Positions 1 to 11,412 of a DNA stretch of 64,000 bases are shown piece by piece (the first letter of the stretch is position 1; the number at the start of each line of letters is the position of its first letter). The stretch is taken from contig JAPDFW010000114.1 in NCBI GenBank assembly GCA_028826165.1, positions 434,001 to 498,000 on the forward strand, in the 5' to 3' direction. The position numbers and the translations under genes were made by a program. The notes under the pieces were generated by a model. The model made no database searches and had not been told where the DNA came from. It saw only the letters and a program-made list of their open reading frames with translations. Source of the stretch: Anaeramoeba ignava BMAN (taxonomy: Eukaryota > Protista > Anaeramoebae).

Positions 1-310
1 TATTTCCAAAAAATGAATGATCTGTCAAATTTTCAACTGTTAAATTTTGCTTTTCTTCCCATGTTTTGTTTGTGGTTTCATATTTAAATATATATACCAT
101 TCCTTTTTTTGTATAATTGATTTGTTGTTCTGGTGCTCCTATTACCATCCATTCAGAATTCATTGCAATACTTGATCCAAAACTACTATCCCAATCTGTT
201 GTGTTTGGTTGAATTTTGTTTTTTTCAATATATTCAATGTGATTTTGAATTGAAAAAATGCAAAATGAAAAAATTATTATTAATTCAATTAATAAAAGAA
301 ATAATTTCAT
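1..310 (-). CDS. Secreted FG-GAP (integrin-alpha-like beta-propeller) repeat protein, 5' part; runs off the window start
   Basis: Not in the ORF track. Manual translation from ATG at 310: MKLFLLLIELIIIFSFCIFS (signal peptide) ...SSFGSSIAMNSEWMVIGAPEQQINYTKKGMVYIFKY...WEEKQNL...DHSFFGN, which matches the FG...GAP...G.VYIF repeat pattern. Confidence 0.8.
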   Translation of the reverse strand, partial: MKLFLLLIELIIIFSFCIFSIQNHIEYIEKNKIQPNTTDWDSSFGSSIAMNSEWMVIGAPEQQINYTKKGMVYIFKYETTNKTWEEKQNLTVENLTDHSFFGN

Positions 311-548
311 TTTTTTTTTTTTAGTTATAAACAAAATTAAAAAATTAAAAAAAAAGAAAATTAAATTAAAATAAAAGTGAGAAATGAAAATGAAAATAAA
401 TAAAAAAAATTTTCTTTTAAACTTTCCCTTTTTTTTTTAATTACGTCATTTAAATAAATTTTTTTTTATTTTTTTATTTTTTATTGATCATTTTTAATCA
501 AAAAAAAAAAATTAAAAAAAAATATTTTTTTCGCTTTTATTTTTATTT

Positions 549-3500
549 TTAATTTTCCATTTCTTTTATTCTTTTTGTTGAATATCCAATTCTTTCTCCC
601 ATTCTAATAAGAGTTTCAAGTAAATGAATTGAATTTTCAAGTACATCTTTTTCAAAAACTATTGTTCCTTTTTGAAATAAATATAATAAAGTTGATCCAC
701 CAAATTGAAAATAACTAAAAAAGAAAATGTCAAAATTTAATCCAAAATTATTATTAAAATTATTATTAAATTTATTATTAAAATTATTATTGAATTTATT
801 ATTAAAATTATTATTGAAATCATTAATAAATTTATTATTAGAATCATTAATAAATTTATTATTGAATTTATTAATAAAATTTAATCCAAAATTATTTATA
901 AAATTAATTATAAAATTAATATTAAAATTATTATTGAAATTAATATTGAAATTAATATTGAAATTATTATTAAAATTATTAATAAAATTTAATCCAAAAT
1001 TATTATTAAAATTTAATCCAAAATTTAATCCAAAATTAATATTGAATTTATTATTATTAAAATTTAATAAATGTTCTTCTCTTTTTTTTACCCATGTTCA
1101 TCTCCTTTTAAAACCTTATCTCCTGGTCCAGTTGTTAATATAATAGATCCAACACAAGTAGCACCAACAGAAACAACTATAACTTTTCCAAATTCTTTTG
1201 TTTCAATTACAGATACTATTCTTATATTTTCTGTATAAATATCAAATTCTTGAGTTACAGAAATTTGAGAAACCTTTTTCATTTTAATTTATATTTATAT
1301 TTATATTTATATTTATATTTAGATTTATATTTATATTTATATTTATATTTATATTTAGATTTAGATTTAGATTTAGATTTATATTTATATTTATATTTAT
1401 ATTTATATTTATATTTATATTTATATTTAAATTTAGATTTAGATTTAGATTTAGATTTATATTTAGAATAAGAAATACTGTAAAATAAGCACCAGGAATT
1501 CTAATCTCTGGTTCAATAATTTCTCCACCAACAGACCAATGAAATCTAAAAATATTTTTTGAAATTAAATATTTTTAATTTAATTGAATATTTTTATTTG
1601 AATTAAATATTTTTAATTGAAATATTTTTAATTGAAATAGTTTTTGAATTAAATATTTTTAATTGAAATAGTTTTTGAATTAAATATTTTTGAATTAAAT
1701 ATTTTTATTTGAATTGAAATATTTTTTTAATTGAAATATTTTTGAATTGAAATATTTTTAGAATTGAAATATTTTTTGAATTAAATATTTTTAATTGAAA
1801 TATTTTGAATTGAAATATTTTTTAATTGAATATTTTTATTTGAATTGAATATTTTTAATTGAAATATTTTTAATTTAATTGAAATAGTTTTTGAATTGAA
1901 ATATTTTTATTTGAATTGAATATTTTTAATTAAAATATTTTTATTTGAAATATTTTTATTTGAAATATTTTTTGAATTATATATTTTGAATTAAATATTT
2001 TGAATTGAAATATTTTTAATTGAAATATTTTTTGAATTGAAATATTTTTGAAATTGAATATTTTGAATTGAATATTTTTAATTGAAATATTTATTTGAAA
2101 TATTTTTAATTGAAATATTTTGAATTGAAATATTTTTTGAATTAAATATTTTTTAATTGAAATATTTTTTGAATTAAATATTTTTTGGATAGAATTAAAT
2201 ATTTTTTGGATAGAATTAAATATTTTTTGAATTGAATTAAATATTTTTTGAATTGAATATTTTTATTTGAAATATTTTTATTTGAAATAGTTTTAATTAA
2301 AATATTTTTATTTAAAATATTTTTAATTGAAATAGTTTTTGAATTAAATATTTTTGAATTAAATATTTTTATTTGAATTGAAATATTTTTTTAATTGAAA
2401 TATTTTTAATTTAATTGAAATATTTTTTAAATTAAATATTTTTTAATTGAAATATTTTTATTTAAATTAAATATTTTTTAATAATTTTTACCGATGATAA
2501 TCTTGTGGAGCAAGTCGCGCAATCATTAAAGATCCACCATCAAATTGACTTGCTAATTGAGCAGAATAATTATTATCTTTCCCAAAAAGATTTAATAAAG
2601 TAAAATTTTTTCCTTTGATCCAAATTTGAGTCGCATCTGAAATTGTGGGAAAAACAGAAATACGACAATCAGCAGGAGAAACAACAACATGCTCATCATC
2701 AATATCATCAATAGACCTTGCACCAGGTTTAAGTTTACGATAGAAAAACTCGTTGAAAGTTTTGAATTCCTTAACATCAAGCAAAAACTCATTCACATTT
2801 ATATTATGTCGTTTAATAAAAGGCAGAATTTCCTTTTTGGATTCAAATCTGTCCTTTTGCTCTCCTTGGCGAATTGTTAAATGCTTTAATATTTCTCTCA
2901 CACCCTTTTTATTTGTTGTTTTTCTTGTTGCTTTTGTTAAGAACATCGATCGAGTGAATATTTTCACATTTGCTGGCATATTTTCTTCAGTAACAATCCC
3001 AGTCTTGCGATCCATCACAAAAACAACTCCTCTTTTTCTTTTCGAAGAATATTTTTTGTCTTCGTTCGAAAACATCTTGTAATGTTTCATCATTATTGCA
3101 TTTTTATTCAGAGAGTTCTCAATATTCATTGAAATTATCATCATTTTTTCTTCTTCAGTTTTTTCAGAAAGATCCAATTTTTGGATCGGACATTGTTTAA
3201 TGAAGGATTTGTCTTCCTTCCCAAATTTCTTTTTCACAAAATCCTCAAATTCATCAAAACTAAGATATTTTAAGTTGTTTTTTAATTGCGATTTATCCTC
3301 ATTTTTGCGATCTGCTAATCCAAAAAATTTGCTTAATTGCTGCGCAGAAAATTCACTTCCAAGTGCTTGAAAAATATCAATAAATTCTTCTTTGTCAATC
3401 ATTCCATTTAAATCCTTATCAAAATTTTTGCAAATTGATGTCCAAAAATCCCTTTCTAAAGTTTTCATACTTATAAAAGAAACGCGAGCATGAAGATTAG

Positions 3501-4726
3501 CAACAACTGAACTTTTTTGATATATATTCCCGTTTTTAAATGAAGCAAGATCTGAGTCGGTTTTTATTATTCTTGATTGCAAAGGGATCTTTTACATTTT
3601 TTATTTGTCCAACAAGATTATTAAATATTTAAAAATTAAAAATAAAAAATTGATTTTTTGATTAATAAATCAATTAGTTAAATTTACTTCAATATCATGA
3701 TCTTTTTCATCCATAAAATGCGATATATTTAGATATTTTGAACAGAGTTTAATTTCTTTATTAAAAAAATTTGTTCCATAAAGTTTAAAACCAACTAAAA
3801 AATTAACTGAACGATCAGTAATCCAACTTTTTTTTTTTTAAAAATTCAAAATTCAATAATAAAATATAAATAATAAAATTTAATTAATAAATTACAGTGA
3901 AGCTTCTTGTAATAAATTTTGGTCTGAAGATAAATGATTTGTTGTTCTAAATATTTCATTTCCATAAACAATTTGTGCAAATAAAGAATTTTTACGAATC
4001 TATTTTGATTTATTTTTAAATGAATAAATTAATATAAAAAATTTTCAAAATTATTTTTTGTTTTACTGTTCTTTTTGAAAAATCATTTAAATCAAGCAGA
4101 GTAATACGAAATAAACCAAGAGGTGAAGAAGAAAGATAATCTTCAACAAACATTCGTTTTAATTTTATTTGTAAATGTATTTTGCCTTTTTATTTTTTAA
4201 ATTAAATTATTAAATTAAATTATTAAATTTTTAAATTAAATTATTTTTTACCATGAGGAACATTTTCTAAAGAAAGTAAAAGATCTTTTTCTTGTGAAAG
4301 ATATGTTGTTAAATTAGAAATATAAACATCTCCAATTGGATCATCAGGAGTCCAAAAATCTGCATCAAAAACTTCAAGATGAATTAATTCAGGAAGTTCA
4401 TGAAATATAAATTGAAAAGATTCATTCCAACTTAAAAATAAATAAAAGGAAAAAATTTTTTTTTCACTTTTTGATTAATTTTTTTATCCCTCATTTTTGT
4501 TTTTGATTTTGATTTTGTTTTGTTTGATTTTGTTTTATTTTGTTTTGTTGTTTTTGTTTTTTTACTTTGGGTTTAAATTTTTTTGAATTGTTGAAGTTTT
4601 AACAATATGACTTCCTGCAGTTATTTTTACATAAGGATCACTAAAACCATTATAATCACTTGCAAGAAGATATATTGCTGAAATTATTTTAATTGTTAAA
4701 ATGAAAATTTCTGTTGTTTGGATCAT
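549..4726 (-). CDS. PSD2: Phosphatidylserine decarboxylase, PSD2-type (N-terminal C2 domain, EF-hand, PSD domain), multi-exon
   Basis: Exon 1 (4566-4726) has ASDYNGFSDPYVKI...QKNLNP and exon 2 has WNESFQF...EVFDAD...DDPIG (C2 domain). DKDLNGMIDKEEF is an EF-hand. FKTFNEFFYRKLKPGAR, SPADCR, RLAPQDYHR|FH, VGATCVGSI and G|YFQFGGST (autocleavage motif, 691-701) mark the PSD domain. Stop TAA at 549-551. The introns I checked are GT-AG. Confidence 0.93.
1548..2490. repeat. Degenerate ~15-20 bp tandem repeat (TTGAATTGAAATATTTTT-like) filling a PSD intron
   Basis: Directly visible; lies between the ...DYHR exon and the FHWSV exon. Confidence 0.85.
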
Positions 4727-4818
4727 TAAAAAAAAAATGAATTAAAAAAAAATGAAAAAAGCAAAAAATTTTTTTTTAATTTTTTTAGATTCATTTTTTT
4801 TTTTAAAAACAAAATAAA

Positions 4819-7800
4819 ATGCAATTCTTTTCTCAAAATCAAGAAGTTTATCAAGGAAATTTAACACAATATCGAGGAAAAAATGGTCAAACATTCAGTT
4901 TTTATATTGAAGGAAATAAATTAGGAACTGTTTATGGAACTGATATTTATACAGATGATTCAAATTTATCAACAGCTGCAGTTCATTCAGGTGTTTTAAA
5001 AGTTGGAGAAAAAGGAACCATTTTTGTTGAAATATTAGAAGGTCAACAAAGTTATAATTCAACAACAAGAAATGGAATAACTTCACATGGATATGGATCT
5101 TGGCATGGAAGTTTTAGAATATTACAATCATCAACAGATATTTCAACTTCTTTAATTGAACAACCTCAATTCAAACAAACCGAAATTAAACAAATTCAAA
5201 TTCAACAAAACCAAGTATTATTTCAAGGAAAATTATCAACATATAGAGGAAAAAATGGTCAAGTATTTGATTTTTATGTTGAAGGAAAAAATTCAGGAAT
5301 TGTTTATGGAACTGACATTTATACAGATGATTCTGATTTAGGAACAGCTGCTGTTCATTTTGGTGTTTTAAAAGTTGGAGAAAAAGCAAATATAACTGTT
5401 GAAATATTAGAAGGTCAACAAAGTTATATTCCATCAACAAGAAATGGAATAACTTCTCGCAATTGGGGATCTTGGCATGGAAGTTTTAGAATATTACAAT
5501 CATCAACAGATATTTCAATTCCTATAAATCAAAATCAAGAGGTTTATCATGGAAATTTAACAAAACATCGAGGAAAAAATGGTCAAACATTCAATTTTTA
5601 TGTTGAAGGATCTAATTTAGGAACTATTTATGGAACTGATATTTATACTGATGATTCTTATTTAGCAGCAGCTGCAGTTCATTTTGGTGTTTTGAAAGTT
5701 GGAGAAAAAGCAAATATAATAGTTGAAATATTACCAGGTCAACAAAGTTATAATTCAACAACAAGAAATGGAATAACTTCTCGTGGATATGGATCTTGGT
5801 ATGGAAGTTTTAGAATATTAAAAAAATCAGAGCAAATTCCAAATCCTTTAATTGAACAAACTCAATTAAATCAAACATTATATCAAGGAAATTTAACATC
5901 ATATAGAAATCAAGTTGGTCAAACACTTAATTTTTATGTTGAAGGATCTAATTCAGGAACTATTTATGGAACTGATATTTATACAGATGATTCTTATTTA
6001 CCAACAGCTGCAGTTCATTCTGGTGTTTTAAAGGTTGGAGAAAAAGCAAATATAATAGTTGAAATATTATCAGGTCAACAAAGTTATAATTCAACAACAA
6101 GAAATGGAATAACTTCTTATCGTTGGGATAGTTGGTATGGAAGTTTTAGAATATTAAGATCATCAACAGATACTTCAACTCCTTTAAATCAATATCAACA
6201 AAATCAAACATTATATCAAGGAAATTTAACATCATATCGAAATAAAGTTGGCCAAACACTTAATTTTTATGTTGAAGGATCTAATTCAGGAACTATTTAT
6301 GGAACTGACATTTATACTGATGATTCTTATTTAGGAACAGCTGCAGTTCATTTTGGTGTTTTAAAAGTTGGAGAAAAAGGAACCATTTTTGTTGAAATAT
6401 TACCAGGTCAACAAAGTTATAATTCAACAACAAAAAATGGAATAACTTCTCGTGGATATGGGTCTTGGTATGGAAGTTTTAGAATATTAAAATCATCAAC
6501 AGATACTTCAACTCCTTTAAATCAATATCAACAAAATCAAACATTATATCAAGGAAATTTAACACCATATAGAAATCAAGTTGGTCAAACACTTAACTTT
6601 TATGTTGAAGGATCTAATTTAGGAACTATTTATGGAACTGATATTTATACTGATGATTCTGATTTAGCAACAGCTGCAGTTCATTTTGGTGTTTTAAAAG
6701 TTGGAGAAAAAGCAAATATAATAGTTGAAATATTATCAGGTCAACAAAATTATAATTCTTCAACAAGAAACGGAATAACTTCTTATAGTTGGGATAGTTG
6801 GGATGTAAGCTTTAGAATATTAAGATCATCAACAGATACTTCAACTCCTTTAACTAAAGATCAATTATTGTATCAAGGAAATTTAACATCATATCGAGGA
6901 AAAAATGGTCAAAAATTTAATTTTTATGTTGAAGGATCTAATTCAGGAACTATTTATGGAACTGATATTTATACAGATGATTCTTATTTACCAACAGCTG
7001 CAGTTCATTCTGGTGTTTTAAAAGTTGGAGAAAAAGCAAATATAATAGTTGAAATATTATCAGGTCAACAAAGTTATAATTCAACAACAAGAAATGGAAT
7101 AACTTCTTATCGTTGGGATAGTTGGTATGGAAGCTTTAGAATATTAAGATCATCAACAGATACTTCAACTCCTTTAAATCAATATCAACAAAACCAAACA
7201 TTATATCAAGGAAATTTAACATCATATCGAGGACAAAACGGTCAAAAATTTAACTTTTATGTTGAAGGATCTAATTCAGGAACTATTTATGGAACTGATA
7301 TTTATACTGATGATTCTGATTTAGGAACAGCTGCAGTTCATTTTGGTGTTTTAAAAGTTGGAGAAAAAGCAAATATAACTGTTGAAATATTACCAGGTCA
7401 ACAAAGTTATAATTCAACAACAAAAAATGGAATAACTTCTTATCGTTGGGATAGTTGGTATGGAAGTTTTAGAATATTAAGATCATCAACAGATACTTCA
7501 ACTCCTTTAAATCAATATCAACAAAACCAAACATTATATCAAGGAAATTTAACACCATATAGAAATCAAGTTGGTCAAACACTTAATTTTTATGTTGAAG
7601 GATCTAATTCAGGAGCTATTTATGGAACTGATATTTACACAGATGATTCTGATTTAGCAACAGCTGCAGTTCATTTTGGTGTTTTAAAGGTTGGAGAAAA
7701 AGCAAATATCTTAGTTCAAATATTATCAGGTCAACAAAGTTATAATTCAACAACAAAAAATGGAATAACTTCACATAGTTGGGATAGTTGGGATGTAAGC

Positions 7801-10800
7801 TTTAGAATATTAAAATCATCAACAGATATTTCAACTCCTTTAAATCAGAAAACGCAAGATAATCAAACATTATATCAAGGAAATTTAACATCATATCGAG
7901 GACAAAACGGTCAAACATTTAACTTTTATGTTGAAGGATCTAATTCAGGAACTGTTTATGGAACTGATATTTATACTGATGATTCTAAATTATCAACAGC
8001 TGCAGTTCATTTTGGTGTTTTAAAAGTTGGAGAAAAAGCAAATATAATAGTTGAAATATTACCAGGTCAACAAAGTTATAATTCTTCAACAAGAAACGGA
8101 ATAACTTCACATAGTTGGGATAGTTGGTATGGAAGCTTTAGAATATTAAAATCATCAACAGATACTTCAACTCCTTTAACTAAAGATCAATTATTGTATC
8201 AAGGAAATTTAACGACATATAGAGGGAAAATAAACCAAAAATTTAATTTTTATGTTGAAGGATCTAATTCAGGAACTATTTATGGAACTGATATTTATAC
8301 TGATGATTCTGATTTAGGAACAGCTGCAGTTCATTTTGGTGTTTTAAAGGTTGGAGAAAAAGCAAATATAACTGTTGAAATATTATCAGGTCAGCAAAGT
8401 TATAATTCAACAACAAAAAATGGAATAACTTCTTATAGTTGGGATAGTTGGTATGGAAGCTTCAGAATATTAGATGTATTAACAGATACTTCAACTCCTT
8501 TAATTAAGCCAAATCAAATCCAGCAAACTCAAGAAAAACCATTATATCAAGGAAATTTAGCACAATATCGAGGAAAAAATGGAGAAAAATTTGATTTTTA
8601 TATTGAAGGAAGTAATTCAGGATTTGTTTATGGAACTGATATTTATACAGATGATTCACATTTAGCAACAGCAGCAGTTCATGCAGGAATTTTGAAAGTT
8701 GGAGAAAAAGGAGAAATAACTGTTGAAATATTACCAGGTATACAAGGTTACAATGGAACAACAAGAAATGGAATAAATTCAAGAAGTTGGGATTCTCATT
8801 ATGGAAGTTTTAGAATTTTAAAATCAAAAACAGATACTTTAACTCCTTTAACTAAAGATCAATTATTGTATCAAGGAAATTTAACGACATATAGAGGGAA
8901 AATAAACCAAAAATTTAATTTTTATGTTGGAGGATCTAATTCAGGAACTATTTATGGAACTGATATTTATACAGATGATTCTAAATTATCAACAGCTGCA
9001 GTTCATTTTGGTGTTTTAAAAGTTGGAGAAAAAGCAAATATAACTGTTGAAATATTACCAGGTCAACAAAGTTATAATTCAACAACAAAAAATGGAATAA
9101 CTTCTTATCGTTGGGATGGTTGGTATGGAAGCTTTAGAATATTAGATGTATTAACAGATACTTCAACTCCTTTAATTAAGCCAAATCAAATCCAGCAAAC
9201 TCAAGAAAAGCCATTATATCAAGGAAATTTAGTACAATATCGAGGAAAAAATGGAGAAAAATTTGATTTTTATATTGAAGGAAGTAATTCAGGATTTGTT
9301 TATGGAACTGATATTTATACAGATGATTCACATTTAGCAACAGCAGCAGTTCATGCAGGAATTTTAAAAGTTGGAGAAAAAGGAGAAATAACTGTTGAAA
9401 TATTACCAGGTATACAAGGTTACAATGGAACAACAAGAAATGGAATAAATTCAAGAAGTTGGGATTCTCATTATGGAAGTTTTAGAATATTAAAATCAAA
9501 AACAGATACTTCAACTCCAATATTTCAACCAATTAATCAATTTAATCAATTTGATCAAAATCAAAATCAAAATCAAAATCAATTTAATCAATATCAACAA
9601 AATCAAAATCAAAATCAAAATCAATTTAATCAATTTAATCAATTTAATCAATTCCAACAAAATCAAAATCAATTTAATCAATTTCAACAAAATAAAAATC
9701 AAAATCAATTTAATCAATATCAACAAAATCAAAATCAATTTAATCAATTTAATCAATTCCAACAAAATCAAAATCAATTTAATCAATTTCAACAAAATCA
9801 AAATCAAAATCAATTTAATCAATTTCAACAAAATCAAAATCAATTTAATCAATTTAATCAAAATCAAAATCAATTTAATCAATTTCAACAAAATCAAAAT
9901 CAATTTAATCAAAATCAATTTAATCAAAATCAAAATCAAAATCAATTTAATCAATTTAATCAATATCAACAAAATCAAAATCAATTTAATCAATTTCAAC
10001 AAAATCAAAATCAATTTAATCAATTTCAACAAAATCAAAATCAGTTCCAACAAAATCAATTACATACAGGAAATTTATCTAAATATAAAAACCAAATTGG
10101 ACAAAAATTTGATTTTTATATTGAAGGAACTGATACAGATATTATTTATGGAACTGATATTTATACAGATGATTCTAAATTATCAACAGCTGCAGTTCAC
10201 GCAGGATTTTTAGGTATTAAAGAAAAAGGAAAAATAACTGTTGAAATATTACCACCTCAAAAAAACTTTAGATCATCAACAAGAAATAGAATAACTTCAG
10301 ATATTTGGGAATTTCAATCAGGTTGTTATAGAATAATTGATGTATCAAAAGATAACTCAATACTTTTAAATCAAATTCAACAAACTCAAGAAAAACCATT
10401 ATATCAAGGAAATTTAGCACAATATCGAGGAAAAAATGGAGAAAAATTTGATTTTTATATTGAAGGAAGTAATTTAGGATTTGTTTATGGAACTGATATT
10501 TATACAGATGATTCACATTTAGCAACAGCAGCAGTTCATGCAGGAATTTTGAAAGTTGGAGAAAAAGGAGAAATAACTGTTGAAATATTACCAGGTCTAC
10601 AAAGTTACAATGGAACAACAAGAAACGGAATAATTTCAAGAAGTTGGGATTCTCATTATGGAAGTTTTAGAATATTAAAATCAAAAACAGATACTTCAAC
10701 TCCAATATTTCAACCAATTAATCAATTTAATCAATATCAAGTTGAAGAAACTCAGGAAAAATTATTATATCAAAATCAACAAAATCAATTACATACAGGA

Positions 10801-11412
10801 AATTTATCTAAATATAAAAACCAAATTGGACAAAAATTTGATTTTTATATTGAAGGAACTGATACAGATATTATTTATGGAACTGATATTTATACAGATG
10901 ATTCTAAATTATCAACAGCTGCAGTTCACGCAGGATTTTTAGGTATTAAAGAAAAAGGAAAAATAACTGTCGAAATATTACCACCTCAAAAAAACTTTAG
11001 ATCATCAACAAGAAATAGAATAACTTCAGATATTTGGGAATTTCAATCAGGTTGTTATAGAATAATTGATGTATCAAAAGATAATTCAATACTTTTAAAT
11101 CAAATTCAACAAACTCAAGAAAAACCATTATATCAAGGAAATTTAGCACAATATCGAGGTCAAAATGGACAAAAATTTGATTTTTATATTGAAGGAAGTA
11201 ATTTAGGATTTGTATTTGGAACTGATATTTATACTGATGATTCAACATTATCAGTAGCAGCAGTTCATGCAGGTTTATTGAAAATTGGAGAAAAAGGAGA
11301 AATAACTGTTGAAATATTACCAGGTATACAAAGTTATAATGGAACAACAAGAAACGAGATAATTTCGAGAAGTTGGGGTAATTTTCCTGGAAGTTTTAGA
11401 TTCATAAAATAA
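4819..11412 (+). CDS. Multi-LCCL-domain protein (18 tandem LCCL-like domains plus a Q/N/F-rich linker), intronless, 2197 aa
   Basis: I count 18 copies of (Y/F)GTDIYTDDSxLxxAAVHxG...VEILxGQQSYxxTTRNGITS...GSFRI, the LCCL signature. Low-complexity QNQFNQF tract at about 9530-10060. No obvious signal peptide. Confidence 0.88.
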   Translation: MQFFSQNQEVYQGNLTQYRGKNGQTFSFYIEGNKLGTVYGTDIYTDDSNLSTAAVHSGVLKVGEKGTIFVEILEGQQSYNSTTRNGITSHGYGSWHGSFRILQSSTDISTSLIEQPQFKQTEIKQIQIQQNQVLFQGKLSTYRGKNGQVFDFYVEGKNSGIVYGTDIYTDDSDLGTAAVHFGVLKVGEKANITVEILEGQQSYIPSTRNGITSRNWGSWHGSFRILQSSTDISIPINQNQEVYHGNLTKHRGKNGQTFNFYVEGSNLGTIYGTDIYTDDSYLAAAAVHFGVLKVGEKANIIVEILPGQQSYNSTTRNGITSRGYGSWYGSFRILKKSEQIPNPLIEQTQLNQTLYQGNLTSYRNQVGQTLNFYVEGSNSGTIYGTDIYTDDSYLPTAAVHSGVLKVGEKANIIVEILSGQQSYNSTTRNGITSYRWDSWYGSFRILRSSTDTSTPLNQYQQNQTLYQGNLTSYRNKVGQTLNFYVEGSNSGTIYGTDIYTDDSYLGTAAVHFGVLKVGEKGTIFVEILPGQQSYNSTTKNGITSRGYGSWYGSFRILKSSTDTSTPLNQYQQNQTLYQGNLTPYRNQVGQTLNFYVEGSNLGTIYGTDIYTDDSDLATAAVHFGVLKVGEKANIIVEILSGQQNYNSSTRNGITSYSWDSWDVSFRILRSSTDTSTPLTKDQLLYQGNLTSYRGKNGQKFNFYVEGSNSGTIYGTDIYTDDSYLPTAAVHSGVLKVGEKANIIVEILSGQQSYNSTTRNGITSYRWDSWYGSFRILRSSTDTSTPLNQYQQNQTLYQGNLTSYRGQNGQKFNFYVEGSNSGTIYGTDIYTDDSDLGTAAVHFGVLKVGEKANITVEILPGQQSYNSTTKNGITSYRWDSWYGSFRILRSSTDTSTPLNQYQQNQTLYQGNLTPYRNQVGQTLNFYVEGSNSGAIYGTDIYTDDSDLATAAVHFGVLKVGEKANILVQILSGQQSYNSTTKNGITSHSWDSWDVSFRILKSSTDISTPLNQKTQDNQTLYQGNLTSYRGQNGQTFNFYVEGSNSGTVYGTDIYTDDSKLSTAAVHFGVLKVGEKANIIVEILPGQQSYNSSTRNGITSHSWDSWYGSFRILKSSTDTSTPLTKDQLLYQGNLTTYRGKINQKFNFYVEGSNSGTIYGTDIYTDDSDLGTAAVHFGVLKVGEKANITVEILSGQQSYNSTTKNGITSYSWDSWYGSFRILDVLTDTSTPLIKPNQIQQTQEKPLYQGNLAQYRGKNGEKFDFYIEGSNSGFVYGTDIYTDDSHLATAAVHAGILKVGEKGEITVEILPGIQGYNGTTRNGINSRSWDSHYGSFRILKSKTDTLTPLTKDQLLYQGNLTTYRGKINQKFNFYVGGSNSGTIYGTDIYTDDSKLSTAAVHFGVLKVGEKANITVEILPGQQSYNSTTKNGITSYRWDGWYGSFRILDVLTDTSTPLIKPNQIQQTQEKPLYQGNLVQYRGKNGEKFDFYIEGSNSGFVYGTDIYTDDSHLATAAVHAGILKVGEKGEITVEILPGIQGYNGTTRNGINSRSWDSHYGSFRILKSKTDTSTPIFQPINQFNQFDQNQNQNQNQFNQYQQNQNQNQNQFNQFNQFNQFQQNQNQFNQFQQNKNQNQFNQYQQNQNQFNQFNQFQQNQNQFNQFQQNQNQNQFNQFQQNQNQFNQFNQNQNQFNQFQQNQNQFNQNQFNQNQNQNQFNQFNQYQQNQNQFNQFQQNQNQFNQFQQNQNQFQQNQLHTGNLSKYKNQIGQKFDFYIEGTDTDIIYGTDIYTDDSKLSTAAVHAGFLGIKEKGKITVEILPPQKNFRSSTRNRITSDIWEFQSGCYRIIDVSKDNSILLNQIQQTQEKPLYQGNLAQYRGKNGEKFDFYIEGSNLGFVYGTDIYTDDSHLATAAVHAGILKVGEKGEITVEILPGLQSYNGTTRNGIISRSWDSHYGSFRILKSKTDTSTPIFQPINQFNQYQVEETQEKLLYQNQQNQLHTGNLSKYKNQIGQKFDFYIEGTDTDIIYGTDIYTDDSKLSTAAVHAGFLGIKEKGKITVEILPPQKNFRSSTRNRITSDIWEFQSGCYRIIDVSKDNSILLNQIQQTQEKPLYQGNLAQYRGQNGQKFDFYIEGSNLGFVFGTDIYTDDSTLSVAAVHAGLLKIGEKGEITVEILPGIQSYNGTTRNEIISRSWGNFPGSFRFIK

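Noticed and set aside
727-1143. L/K/N-rich ORF on the plus strand, and similar ORFs at 1250, 15086, 15306, 20529, 35115, 35486, 53319-54739 and 56352
   Set aside because: Translations of 6/12/15-bp intronic or intergenic repeats that lack stops by chance; no protein-like content.
9511-10213. I/L/K/N-only ORFs overlapping the LCCL linker (also 21459-22269 and 33248-33742)
   Set aside because: Alternative-frame or antisense shadows of low-complexity coding tracts.
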